Assembly: GCA_003219925.1 (NCBI GenBank)
Contig: QHQU01000018.1
Coordinates: 1 to 29,231, forward strand
Length of the DNA: 29,231 nucleotides
Direction of reading: 5' to 3'
Source: Verrucomicrobiota bacterium
Lineage (GTDB): Bacteria; Verrucomicrobiota; Verrucomicrobiia; Chthoniobacterales; UBA10450
Below, in pieces: positions 10,996 to 19,700 of the stretch; the first letter of the stretch is position 1, and each line of letters starts with the position of its first letter. A program made the translations under genes and the position numbers. The notes under the pieces are model-generated. The model saw only the letters and a list, made by a program, of their open reading frames with translations, made no database searches and was not told the origin of the DNA.

Positions 10996-11844
10996 TTATA
11001 CCTTCTTCTTCCCCCTTCTCCTTTCCAAAATGAACCGATCGCTCGGTTTGTGTTTCGTTCGCGTCTTAAATCCTTTCGCCAGCTGTCCCCACGGGCTCAC
11101 CGGATGATGCCTTCCTCCGCCACCCTTTGACTTCCCCTGGCCACCGCCCATTGGATGATCGATCGGGTTCATCGCCATGCCGCGCACATGCGGACGCCGC
11201 CCTTGCCAGCGCGTCCGGCCTGCTTTGCCGCTCGACACGTTCATGTGATCGACATTGCCGACCTGACCAATCGTCGCGTAACAGGTCTCATGAATGCGCC
11301 GGATTTCACCCGACGGCATTTTTACTAAACCGTAACCGCCTTCGCGGTTGTTCAAGGTCGCCTGTTGCCCGGCGCTGCGCGCGATCTGGCCACCGCGTCC
11401 GGGCGCCAGCTCGATGTTGTGAATGTTGGTGCCAAGGGGAATGGCGGACAAGGGAAGCGCGTTTCCCAAATCTGGCGCCGCCTCATTGCCGGCCATAACC
11501 CTCGCGCCAACCCGGAGACCGTCCGGTGCCAGGATATAACTTAGTTCGCCATCGCTGTACTTAATAAGAGCGATCCGGGCAGAGCGGTTGGGATCGTACT
11601 CGATTCCCAGCACCTCCGCTTGCACCCCGCGTTTGCGCCGTTTGAAATCGACCTTGCGATAATGCTGTTTATGACCGCCACCAATGTGGCGTGAAGTCAG
11701 TCGGCCAAAATGATTGCGGCCGCCGGTCTTTTTCTTCGGCTCCAACAAACGCTTTGCCGGCCTCGTTTTCGTAACTTCGTCGAAAGCCGGGAGCGACTTG
11801 AATCGCAGCGTCGGAGTAAGTGGGCGGAAGGATTTTAGCGCCAT
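10996..11844 (-). CDS. rplB: 50S ribosomal protein L2
   Basis: [40 protein letters not shown]. Confidence 0.99.
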   Translation of the reverse strand: MALKSFRPLTPTLRFKSLPAFDEVTKTRPAKRLLEPKKKTGGRNHFGRLTSRHIGGGHKQHYRKVDFKRRKRGVQAEVLGIEYDPNRSARIALIKYSDGELSYILAPDGLRVGARVMAGNEAAPDLGNALPLSAIPLGTNIHNIELAPGRGGQIARSAGQQATLNNREGGYGLVKMPSGEIRRIHETCYATIGQVGNVDHMNVSSGKAGRTRWQGRRPHVRGMAMNPIDHPMGGGQGKSKGGGGRHHPVSPWGQLAKGFKTRTKHKPSDRFILERRRGKKKV

Positions 11845-11850
11845 AAAACG

Positions 11851-12135
11851 TTAGACCAAATCGATCTTCTCGCCTTCTTTCAGCGTAACGATCGCTTTCT
11901 TCCAATGCGGTTTGCGACCGAAGTCGGCGCGGCGCTCCCGTTTCTTTTTGCCGGCGTAATTGCAGGTGTTCACGTTCACCACCTTCTTTTGAAAGAGTTT
12001 CTCGATTGCCTGCTTAATCTGAATCTTGTTAGCTCGCGGCCGGACACGAAAGACATACTTGTTCTGCTTCTCGCTCAGGAGCGACGACTTTTCCGTCAGC
12101 GACGCTGTTTCGATGATGTCGAACGGCTCGTTCAT
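11851..12135 (-). CDS. rplW: 50S ribosomal protein L23
   Basis: LTEKS, YVFRV, ANKIQIKQAIE, VNT, WKKAIVTL. Confidence 0.97.
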   Translation of the reverse strand: MNEPFDIIETASLTEKSSLLSEKQNKYVFRVRPRANKIQIKQAIEKLFQKKVVNVNTCNYAGKKKRERRADFGRKPHWKKAIVTLKEGEKIDLV

Positions 12136-12770
12136 TCTTGTCCTGGGGCAGACTTGCCGGAAGCGGAGGTTCTTTCGGCTAACTTCGCCAGAGCACCGTC
12201 CGTTACTAAAATTTTCTCAAAGGCGAGCAATTGTTCCGTGTTCACATCGCTCGCCGTCGCCAGTTTCACCGGCTTAACGTTGCGCGCCGACTTGTAGGTG
12301 TTCTCGTCAAATTGATCCGACACGATGAGGATGCGGCGCGCATCAGTCTGTTTTTTGACCAACTGCACGAAGGCTTTGGTTTTTGCCTCTTTGACCGCGA
12401 ACTCACCAATCGTCAGCACGTCACCGGCATCGATCCGCTCGCTCAACGCCTTCTGGAACGCCAGCCGACGTACCGATTTCGAAACCTTCTTGGAATAATC
12501 GCGCGGCTTCGGCCCGAACACCACGCCGCCGCCGCGCCAGATGACCGATGATTTATAGCCCGCGCGTGCGCGGCCCGTCCCTTTCTGCCGCCACGGTTTG
12601 GCGCCGGACAAATTCACGTCCGCTTTCGTTTTCGAGTTCGCCGAACCGGAACGCCGCGCCGCCCGCATCGCGACCACCACATCATGCACCGCCTGCGACC
12701 CCCGTCCGCCGTCTACCAGCTCGATCTTGGCCTCTTTCGCCGCTGCCTTGGTCAAGACTTTTGCACTCAT
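12132..12770 (-). CDS. rplD: 50S ribosomal protein L4
   Basis: SGAKPWRQKGTGRARAG, WRGGGVVFGPKPRDY. Confidence 0.98.
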   Translation of the reverse strand: MSAKVLTKAAAKEAKIELVDGGRGSQAVHDVVVAMRAARRSGSANSKTKADVNLSGAKPWRQKGTGRARAGYKSSVIWRGGGVVFGPKPRDYSKKVSKSVRRLAFQKALSERIDAGDVLTIGEFAVKEAKTKAFVQLVKKQTDARRILIVSDQFDENTYKSARNVKPVKLATASDVNTEQLLAFEKILVTDGALAKLAERTSASGKSAPGQE

Positions 12771-13408
12771 GATTTTTTGGCCGGTTTCTTAATCGCGGGG
12801 CGCACCACCACAAAGGATCCGTTTGATCCGGGCACCGCGCCGCTAACGAGAATTATCTTTTCCGACTCGCGCACCTGCATGACCTGCAAATTTTGCACCG
12901 TCACCCGCTCGTCCCCAAGATGCCCGGGCATGCCCATGTTTTTCCAGATCCGGCCCGGAGTAGAACGATTGCCAATGGCACCATTGCGCCGATGCGTCTT
13001 GGAACCGTGCGCGGCTCCTTGCCCATGCATGTTGTGTTTCTTCATCACCCCCTGAAACCCTTTGCCTTTGGAGCGACCAATCACATCGACGAAGTCGCCC
13101 GCCTGAAATTGCGTGACGTTCAAATTCACCTCGCCTTCCGGCAAATCCGTCTCCAGCCGAAACTCGCGAGAAAATCTTTTCGGCTCGACCCCTGCTTTCT
13201 TGAATGTGCCGATCTCGGAACTATTCAGCCGCGATTCTTTTTGCGCGCCGAAACCGACTTGCACCGCGGAATAGCCCTCGTGCTCCGCCGTTATTCGCCG
13301 GACCACAACATTCTCGCCCGCCGCGATCACGGTCACCGGACGTAGCCTGCCATTGGCGTCGTAGACGCTGGTCATGCCAATTTTTTGTCCAAGTAACCCG
13401 ATGCTCAT
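12767..13408 (-). CDS. rplC: 50S ribosomal protein L3
   Basis: MSIGLLGQKIGMT, VDVIGRSKGKGFQG, MPGHLG. The first 16 aa of the track ORF lie in a repeat, so the start is set at 13408. Confidence 0.97.
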   Translation of the reverse strand: MSIGLLGQKIGMTSVYDANGRLRPVTVIAAGENVVVRRITAEHEGYSAVQVGFGAQKESRLNSSEIGTFKKAGVEPKRFSREFRLETDLPEGEVNLNVTQFQAGDFVDVIGRSKGKGFQGVMKKHNMHGQGAAHGSKTHRRNGAIGNRSTPGRIWKNMGMPGHLGDERVTVQNLQVMQVRESEKIILVSGAVPGSNGSFVVVRPAIKKPAKKS

Positions 13409-13418
13409 TTTTTTTCTC

Positions 13419-13514
13419 GTCATCCCGAGCAAAGTCGAGAGATCCCGTGGCGTCACCTTTCAGGTAACAATGCGGGATTCTTCGACGACTCCGCTGCGCT
13501 TCGCTCAGAATGAC
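13419..13514. repeat. Palindromic element family A between rpsJ and rplC
   Basis: GTCATCCCGAGCAAAGTCGAGAGATCCCG...GCGGGATTCTTCGAC...CTTCGCTCAGAATGAC: nested inverted repeats with inner hairpin GTCACCT-TTC-AGGTAAC. Confidence 0.85.
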
Positions 13515-13526
13515 GATGTTAATTGT

Positions 13527-13838
13527 TTAAATCTTAATCGTGATATCCACGCCCGCAGGCAAATTTAATTTCTTCAATTCATCCACCGTTTTCGCCGTTG
13601 GCTCGATAATGTCGAGCAGACGCTTGTGGGTGCGAATCTCAAATTGGTCCATCGATTTTTTGTCCACGTGCGGTGAACGATTGACGGTAAACTTTTCAAT
13701 CAAGGTCGGGAGCGGAATTGGCCCCGCCACCCGCGCGCCGGTGCGTTTCGCGGTCTCGACAATTTCGACGGCGGATTGATCGAGCATGCGATGATCGAAT
13801 GCCTTCAAACGAATGCGAATACGCTGGCCGTTCGTCAT
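13527..13838 (-). CDS. rpsJ: 30S ribosomal protein S10
   Basis: [46 protein letters not shown]. Confidence 0.98.
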   Translation of the reverse strand: MTNGQRIRIRLKAFDHRMLDQSAVEIVETAKRTGARVAGPIPLPTLIEKFTVNRSPHVDKKSMDQFEIRTHKRLLDIIEPTAKTVDELKKLNLPAGVDITIKI

Positions 13839-16012
13839 TTCGTCTCCTTTTGATCAAGGATTGCGCTTACTAAATTCTGCGGCACCTGCTCGAAATGGGA
13901 CGGTTCCATGGAATAGCTGGAACGGCCTTTGGAAAGCGAACGAATGGCGGTAGCGTAACCGAACATTTCCGCCAGCGGCACCTCTGCGTGCACGATGGTC
14001 AGATTACCGCGCGCCTCGATGCTGTTGATGCGCGCGCGGCGCCGATTCAAATCTCCGATGATGTCGCCCTGATATTCTTCCGGGGTGATGTTTTCCACTT
14101 TCATGATCGGCTCTAGCAGGATTGGCTTGCCCTGCTTGAAACCATCTTTCATCGCAAAAATCGCCGCCATTTTGAAAGCCAATTCGTTGGAATCGACTTC
14201 GTGATAGCTGCCGTAAACAATATCGACTTCAACATCGATGACGGGATAACCACCGAGCACGCCGTTGAGCACGGCCTCGTCAATCCCTTTCTTCACTGCC
14301 GGAATGTACTCACGCGGGATCACGCCACCCACGATCTTGTTCTCAACCAATAAACCTTTCCCCCGCGATGCCGGACGCACATCAACCTCGACGTGGCCGT
14401 ACTGACCACGACCGCCGGATTGTTTGATTAACTTGCCGACACCATGCGCGCCGCCCGTAATGGTTTCTCGATAAGCGATTTGAGGTTTGCCAGCATTGGC
14501 GTCGACTTTGAATTCGCGGAACATGCGATCGCGAATGATTTCCAAATGCAGCTCGCCCATGCCTGCAATGATGGTCTGGCCGGTGTCTTCATGGGTGTAA
14601 ACGCGGAAGGTTGGATCCTCTTCCGCGAGCCGTTGCAACGCTACGCCCATTTTTTCCTGATCCAACTTCGTCTTCGGCTCGATCGCCATTGAGATAACCG
14701 GATCTGGAAAAGTCGGAGGCTCAAGTAGAATTGGATAATCTTCGTCGCAAAGCGTGTCGCCGGTGGTGATATTTTTGATTCCAACGATGGCCGCGATGTC
14801 GCCCGAGTAACAGGTTTCGATGTCTTCGCGTTTGTCTGCTTGAATCTGGATCAATCGCGAAATGCGCTCGCGCTTGTTGGTGCGCGGATTATAAACGGTA
14901 TCGCCTTTCGAAAGGGTGCCAGAATAAACGCGGAAGAAGACGAGTTTGCCGACAAACGGATCGCTCCACAGTTTGAACGCGAGCGAACAGAATTTCCCAT
15001 TATCATCGGTCGCCGCTTCCATTGGCTCACGCGTGTCCGGATCCATCCCTTTCGCCGGTGGAATCTCGAGCGGGCTTGGCAGATAATCGACGACCGCATC
15101 GACCAGGTACTGCACGCCGATGTTCTTCAAGGCCGAACCGCCGATGACCGGCACAAATTTGTTGGCAATGGTTTGCCGGCGAATGGCCGCCTTTAACAAC
15201 TCCCGGGTGACGGGCTTTTCGTGGATTACGACCTCGGCGACTTCGTCGTCAATGTTCGAAATTTGCTGGACGAGATCGTCATAAGCCTTGTTTACAACAT
15301 CGACATATTCCTTGGGGACATCAGTAACTTCATAGGTCGATCCAAGCTGGTCGCTCTCCGAATAAATGATCGCTTTCTTGTTAATGACGTCGAGCTGACC
15401 CCTAAGCTGATCTTCTCTGCCGAGCGGCAACAAGACCGGCCAGGCATTGGCGCCAAGTTTTTTGTGAATGCTGTCCACCGACATCTTAAAGTCGGCACCG
15501 ACCCGATCCATCTTGTTGATGAATGCCAGTCTGGGCACATTGTACTTTGTCGCCTGCCGCCAGACGGTTTCGGATTGCGGTTGCACCCCGGCGACACCGT
15601 CAAAAACTGCGATCGCGCCATCGAGCACCCGAAGGGAACGCTCGACTTCCGCCGTAAAGTCAACGTGACCCGGCGTGTCGATGATATTGATGCGCTGCTT
15701 GATCCCTTCGAAAGATTTGTAAACACCTTCTTCCTTGCGTTGCGCCCAACTGCACGTTGTCGCCGCTGAGGTAATCGTGATCCCACGCTCACGCTCCTGC
15801 TCCATCCAGTCGGTTACGGTTGTCCCTTCGTGCACCTCACCCATCTTGTGGATCATGCCGGTGTAAAAGAGGACGCGCTCGGTGATAGTGGTCTTGCCCG
15901 CGTCGATGTGGGCGGCAATGCCGATGTTACGGGTTCGCTCCAGCGCGAACTTGCGCTCCGGCGAATTCGGATTCGTCGAAGCTGGTTTCTTTTCCATCGT
16001 CGCCGTCACCAT
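13835..16012 (-). CDS. fusA: Elongation factor G
   Basis: [54 protein letters not shown]. Start is ATG 16012 (or 15997); the track ORF start overlaps rpsG. Confidence 0.98.
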   Translation of the reverse strand: MVTATMEKKPASTNPNSPERKFALERTRNIGIAAHIDAGKTTITERVLFYTGMIHKMGEVHEGTTVTDWMEQERERGITITSAATTCSWAQRKEEGVYKSFEGIKQRINIIDTPGHVDFTAEVERSLRVLDGAIAVFDGVAGVQPQSETVWRQATKYNVPRLAFINKMDRVGADFKMSVDSIHKKLGANAWPVLLPLGREDQLRGQLDVINKKAIIYSESDQLGSTYEVTDVPKEYVDVVNKAYDDLVQQISNIDDEVAEVVIHEKPVTRELLKAAIRRQTIANKFVPVIGGSALKNIGVQYLVDAVVDYLPSPLEIPPAKGMDPDTREPMEAATDDNGKFCSLAFKLWSDPFVGKLVFFRVYSGTLSKGDTVYNPRTNKRERISRLIQIQADKREDIETCYSGDIAAIVGIKNITTGDTLCDEDYPILLEPPTFPDPVISMAIEPKTKLDQEKMGVALQRLAEEDPTFRVYTHEDTGQTIIAGMGELHLEIIRDRMFREFKVDANAGKPQIAYRETITGGAHGVGKLIKQSGGRGQYGHVEVDVRPASRGKGLLVENKIVGGVIPREYIPAVKKGIDEAVLNGVLGGYPVIDVEVDIVYGSYHEVDSNELAFKMAAIFAMKDGFKQGKPILLEPIMKVENITPEEYQGDIIGDLNRRRARINSIEARGNLTIVHAEVPLAEMFGYATAIRSLSKGRSSYSMEPSHFEQVPQNLVSAILDQKETK

Positions 16013-16016
16013 AAAA

Positions 16017-16490
16017 TTACCAGCGGAAATGCGCGAAAGCCCGGTTGGCCTGCGCCATTTTGTGCGTGTCCTCGCGTTTTTTGATCGCGTTGCCCTGACC
16101 GGACGCGGCGTCCTTGATTTCTTGCGCGAGTGAATTGGCCATCGGCTGGCCTCGGCGATGGTCGGCGTATTGCACAATCCACCTCATCGCGAGCGAGATT
16201 TGCCGCGCTGGCGCAACTTCCATTGGCACTTGATAGGTCGCGCCTCCAACTCGACGCGATTTCACTTCCAGGCGAGGTCGCACATTCTCCAACGCCTTGT
16301 TTAAAACTTCGAGCGGATCGACCGAATCTGAGCCTTCGCGCGATTTATCGATCGCGGTGTAAACAATCCGTTCCGCCAGCGATTTTTTACCGCGCTTCAT
16401 TACTGTAGAGATCAAACGCGCCACCGCCGGACTGCCGTAGCGGGAGTCCACCTTCTCTTCCTTTTTGTAAACTTTGCGCCGGCGCGACAT
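16017..16490 (-). CDS. rpsG: 30S ribosomal protein S7
   Basis: [36 protein letters not shown]. Confidence 0.98.
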   Translation of the reverse strand: MSRRRKVYKKEEKVDSRYGSPAVARLISTVMKRGKKSLAERIVYTAIDKSREGSDSVDPLEVLNKALENVRPRLEVKSRRVGGATYQVPMEVAPARQISLAMRWIVQYADHRRGQPMANSLAQEIKDAASGQGNAIKKREDTHKMAQANRAFAHFRW

Positions 16491-16492
16491 GA

Positions 16493-16918
16493 TTATTTCT
16501 TCGCCTCCGCTTTGGGCGCGCTTGCCTTGGCGTCGCCACCGCCGCCCGCCTTGGGTCGTTTCGCGCCATACTTGGAACGGCTGCGGCGCCGTCCGTCAAC
16601 CCCGAGGGAGTCGAGCGTCCCGCGGACAATATGGTAGCGCACACCCGGTAAATCCTTCACCCGGCCACCGCGCACCAGCACGATCGAGTGTTCCTGCAAA
16701 TTGTGACCCTCGCCCGGAATGTAAGCAATCACTTCCTGGCCATTGGTCAGCCGCACTTTCGCTACCTTGCGCAGGGCAGAATTCGGCTTCTTCGGCGTCC
16801 GCGTCATCACCTGAACGCAGACCCCGCGCCGCTGCGGACAATCGGTAAGAGCCGGTGACTTCGATTTCACCGACACCTTCCGTCGTCCTTTTCGCACAAG
16901 TTGATTGATCGTTGGCAT
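16493..16918 (-). CDS. rpsL: 30S ribosomal protein S12
   Basis: [44 protein letters not shown]. Start set at ATG 16918. Confidence 0.98.
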   Translation of the reverse strand: MPTINQLVRKGRRKVSVKSKSPALTDCPQRRGVCVQVMTRTPKKPNSALRKVAKVRLTNGQEVIAYIPGEGHNLQEHSIVLVRGGRVKDLPGVRYHIVRGTLDSLGVDGRRRSRSKYGAKRPKAGGGGDAKASAPKAEAKK

Positions 16919-17017
16919 TTCCAGTCCAAAAAAGGCCGCCGCAACGATTAAGTTGTGGCGACAAAAAATCCGCTCAGGCCGTGAACCCCTGCTCACGCCA
17001 CTGATGCGGAGACGCGG

Positions 17018-17046
17018 AATATAGGAACCTTTTCCAAGGCTGCAAA
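17018..17046 (-). promoter_or_regulatory. Candidate sigma70 promoter of the ribosomal superoperon
   Basis: Minus strand TTTGCA-N17-TATATT (or TTGCAG-N16), about 100 nt upstream of rpsL. Confidence 0.6.
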
Positions 17047-17137
17047 GAATTTTTTCACGTCTCAACCCGCCGCGCAATCGCGAACTTTCGTTTTAATTCC
17101 CGCCGCGATTCACGGGGATTTCCTCTGATAGAGCCGG

Positions 17138-17179
17138 TTTCGGCGTGACGCTGAAAGCAGCACGCGACTCATGCGCTAC
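17138..17179 (-). repeat. Degenerate half REPIN (family B, GTAG end)
   Basis: Minus strand GTAG-C-GCATGAG-T-CGCGTGC...TTTCAGCG-TCA-CGCCGAAA; the second hairpin is 8-3-8 with one mismatch. Confidence 0.5.
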
Positions 17180-17217
17180 CGGACGGGAAATGGCCAATTC
17201 GGCGGGATCGAATTTAC

Positions 17218-17246
17218 TTGACTTCCCGCGGAGTTTTCTCTAATTT
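17218..17246 (+). promoter_or_regulatory. Sigma70 promoter of the GbsR-family operon
   Basis: TTGACT (17218-17223)-N17-TAATTT (17241-17246). Confidence 0.75.
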
Positions 17247-17262
17247 CTGTTTAGACAGAAAT
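17243..17262. promoter_or_regulatory. Palindromic operator, probably bound by the GbsR/MarR regulator itself
   Basis: Perfect ATTTCTGT-TTAG-ACAGAAAT overlapping the -10 and the presumed transcription start, 5 nt before the ATG. Confidence 0.75.
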
Positions 17263-17267
17263 AACAG

Positions 17268-17810
17268 ATGAACAGGAGCACGCTCTCTTCTGTTGCCCAA
17301 AAGTTCATTCTCCATTGGGGCGAAATGGGAACGCGCTGGGGGATCAATCGCACCGTCGCCCAAATTCACGCCCTTCTTTTCCTCTCCCCGCGGCCGCGGC
17401 CGGCGGAGGAGATCGCCGCCACCCTCGGAATCGCCCGCTCCAACGTCAGCAATAGTCTTCATGAACTGCAAAACTGGGGGATCGTCCGCGTCGTTCATGT
17501 CCTCGGCGACCGGCGCGATCATTTCGAGTCGATGAAAGACGTTTTCGAGATGTTCCGGGTCATTACCCACGAGCGAAAAAAGCGCGAAATCGATCCGACC
17601 CTCCGGCTTTTACAGGGATGCATTACCGAAGCAGGCAAAGCGAAATCAGCCGATCGCTATACCAGGGAGCGATTGACCGATCTGTTGCAATTTTTCGAGT
17701 TGACCGAAACCGCCTACTTGCAGCTGGAAAAACTGCCGACCGCGGCCTTGCTCAAACTGGCCAAAACGGGTGACAGGGCCTTGCGTTTGCTCGGAATGGC
17801 AAAACGATGA
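17268..17810 (+). CDS. GbsR/MarR-family transcriptional regulator
   Basis: FILHWGEMGTRWGINRTVAQIHALL...EEIAATLGIARSNVSNSLHELQNWGIV (winged HTH), REIDP. Confidence 0.92.
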   Translation: MNRSTLSSVAQKFILHWGEMGTRWGINRTVAQIHALLFLSPRPRPAEEIAATLGIARSNVSNSLHELQNWGIVRVVHVLGDRRDHFESMKDVFEMFRVITHERKKREIDPTLRLLQGCITEAGKAKSADRYTRERLTDLLQFFELTETAYLQLEKLPTAALLKLAKTGDRALRLLGMAKR

Positions 17811-17826
17811 CAAAAATTTTTGGCTC

Positions 17827-19308
17827 ATGTATTCTGAGATAACAGAAATAACTGAAACTAAGGAAGAGCGATCGCCAAGACAGGACCACATTTGCCCCAC
17901 AATCAGACACGAAACGCCATGGCGCGGAGATGAAACTCTAGCTCCGCAGACAAATCATTCGTTTCGCGGCTGGATATTATACGATGGGGCTTGCCGCCGC
18001 TGCGCCGCTTCCGCCAGACGATTCGATCGCATATTTCGCCGCCGCGGTTTCCTCTTTCTTCCACTGCAAACAAACTGGATCATGGACCGGCTCGATCTCG
18101 AGCCCGGCGCGCCGCTGGAAGAGATGCGCCTTTTGACTGCTGACGGCCGCGGTATCGGTGGTGCGGATGCCGTGGTTTTTCTCGCTCGCCAAATCTGGTG
18201 GGCCTGGCCCTTTGCTGCGCTTGCGCAATCGCCAGCCATGCACAAGCTGCTCGATCGAGGCTATCGCTGGATCGCCGCTCATCGAAATTGTGATCACATT
18301 ACATGTAATCTGCCGCCGCGGAGACGATGCCCGGGCTGGATTGCGCTGATTGTTTTGCCGCTCCTGGCGCTTCTAGCGCGGAACCACGTGGCGCCGTGGC
18401 AATTCATGTGGCTGATGACCGGCGCAATTTTTCTGGGTTGCAAATGGCTCACCTTCTGGGGCGTACGAAGGCAATTTCAACATGTCGGCGTTGGCCGCGC
18501 TCTAGCTTATTTCTTCCTGTGGCCGGGAATGGATGCGAAAAAATTCGCATGCCCGACCGACGGCCAAAACTTGACGGCTTTAAACCGTCGAGTTTTGCGT
18601 AAGCCAGCGTCTGAAGTGCGCCAAGCTCGAGACCCGAGGTGGGTGTCACGTGCAGCCAAGGAACTGTCCGGCAACGTACCGAGCCACGCGGGGAGGATGC
18701 CTGCGCTCTCCGCCAAGCGCAGGAGCATCGTCGTTGCGACTGCGAAAATTCTTCTCGGAGCCGTTCTCTTGTTTGGACTCGCCCGCTTCGCCCCTGACCC
18801 TCGCTTAACGGGCTGGATTGGAATGATCGGGATGATTCTGGTTTTGCATTTTGGAATCTTCGCTCTGCTCGCAATTGCCTGGCGAGCCTACGGACTCGAC
18901 GTGCGACCAATCATGGACGCGCCGCTGAATTCGACGTCACTCGGCGAATTTTGGGGAGGACGCTGGAACGGCCCCTTTAATCAACTCGCATTCGAAAATA
19001 TCTTTCGGCCCGTCGCCCGCAGCACCGACCCGATTCTCGGCATCATCGTTGCCTTCCTCGCGTCTGGTTTGATTCACGAACTCGTGATTTCGCTGCCGGC
19101 GCGCACCGGCTACGGACTACCAACCGCGTATTTCTTGCTGCAAGGTTGCGGCGTCATCATTCAACATCGCGTCCCAAGGATTCGCCATGGAATGGCTGGC
19201 CAATTCTTCACCGCTTCCGTCGTGGCAGTCCCGGCGTTCTGGCTTTTTCATCCGCCGTTCGTTCGCATCGTCATTCTGCCGTTTATGAAAGCAATCGGAG
19301 CTTTATGA
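17827..19308 (+). CDS. Fusion of DCC-family thiol-disulfide oxidoreductase (DUF393) and MBOAT-family O-acyltransferase
   Basis: N-terminal GWILYDGACRRC (DxxCxxC); C-terminal multi-TM region with PLNSTSLGEFWGGRWN and SGLIHELV (MBOAT His). 17827 is the first in-frame ATG after the regulator stop. Confidence 0.8.
   Translation: MYSEITEITETKEERSPRQDHICPTIRHETPWRGDETLAPQTNHSFRGWILYDGACRRCAASARRFDRIFRRRGFLFLPLQTNWIMDRLDLEPGAPLEEMRLLTADGRGIGGADAVVFLARQIWWAWPFAALAQSPAMHKLLDRGYRWIAAHRNCDHITCNLPPRRRCPGWIALIVLPLLALLARNHVAPWQFMWLMTGAIFLGCKWLTFWGVRRQFQHVGVGRALAYFFLWPGMDAKKFACPTDGQNLTALNRRVLRKPASEVRQARDPRWVSRAAKELSGNVPSHAGRMPALSAKRRSIVVATAKILLGAVLLFGLARFAPDPRLTGWIGMIGMILVLHFGIFALLAIAWRAYGLDVRPIMDAPLNSTSLGEFWGGRWNGPFNQLAFENIFRPVARSTDPILGIIVAFLASGLIHELVISLPARTGYGLPTAYFLLQGCGVIIQHRVPRIRHGMAGQFFTASVVAVPAFWLFHPPFVRIVILPFMKAIGAL
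17830..17849. promoter_or_regulatory. Second operator-like site, inside the 5' end of the next gene
   Basis: TATTCTGA-GATA-ACAGAAAT: same 8-4-8 spacing, perfect right arm, and ACAGAAATAAC shared with site 1. Confidence 0.55.
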
Positions 19309-19700
19309 AAGCGCTTCTTGAATTTGCCGCAGCGCTTCAGTGGTCAATTTTGATTGCAAGCGCGTTGACCCCGCGGGTTTTGAATTGGCGGACAAACCTA
19401 GCCGATCTCCATCCATTCCTGCGCAAACTCTTCTGGGTTTACGGCGCGTTCATTGTGATGGTAATCATCGCGTTTTCTACGCTCACCTTGTTGCATGCCG
19501 ATGCGATGGCCACACGCGAACCAGTGGCACGATCGCTCTGCGTTTTCATCGCGATTTTCTGGGGCGCACGATTGTTCGTGCAATTCACCATCTTTGATCC
19601 GCGGCCATTTCTCACGAACTGGTTTTACCAGTTCGGTTATCACGCGCTCACCGTGGCCTTCGCATTCCTGGTTTTCGTTTACGGAAAGGCGGCGATATGA
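19305..19700 (+). CDS. Hypothetical 4-TM membrane protein
   Basis: ATGA overlaps at both ends; four hydrophobic segments; similar to 20730-21170. Confidence 0.8.
   Translation: MKALLEFAAALQWSILIASALTPRVLNWRTNLADLHPFLRKLFWVYGAFIVMVIIAFSTLTLLHADAMATREPVARSLCVFIAIFWGARLFVQFTIFDPRPFLTNWFYQFGYHALTVAFAFLVFVYGKAAI

Noticed and set aside
16493-16918. Possible streptomycin-resistance allele of rpsL
   Set aside because: TPKKPNSA and RVKDLPG are wild type at the classical Lys positions.
6888-17077. Long N-terminal extensions in the ORF track for rplX, rplC, fusA and rpsL (also rplR, tgt and 24096-25949)
   Set aside because: They run through repeats, promoters or neighbouring genes; a downstream ATG gives the family-typical N-terminus in each case.
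17925-17950. Hairpin GCGGAG-N12-CTCCGC in the 5' part of the DCC-MBOAT gene, faintly like 7966-7982
   Set aside because: Only a 6-bp GC stem and weak similarity; cannot be distinguished from chance.
19282-19312. Direct repeat TTTATGAAAGC twice, 20 nt apart, at the MBOAT/4-TM junction
   Set aside because: Short, AT-rich and compatible with ordinary coding plus the ATGA overlap; no further support.
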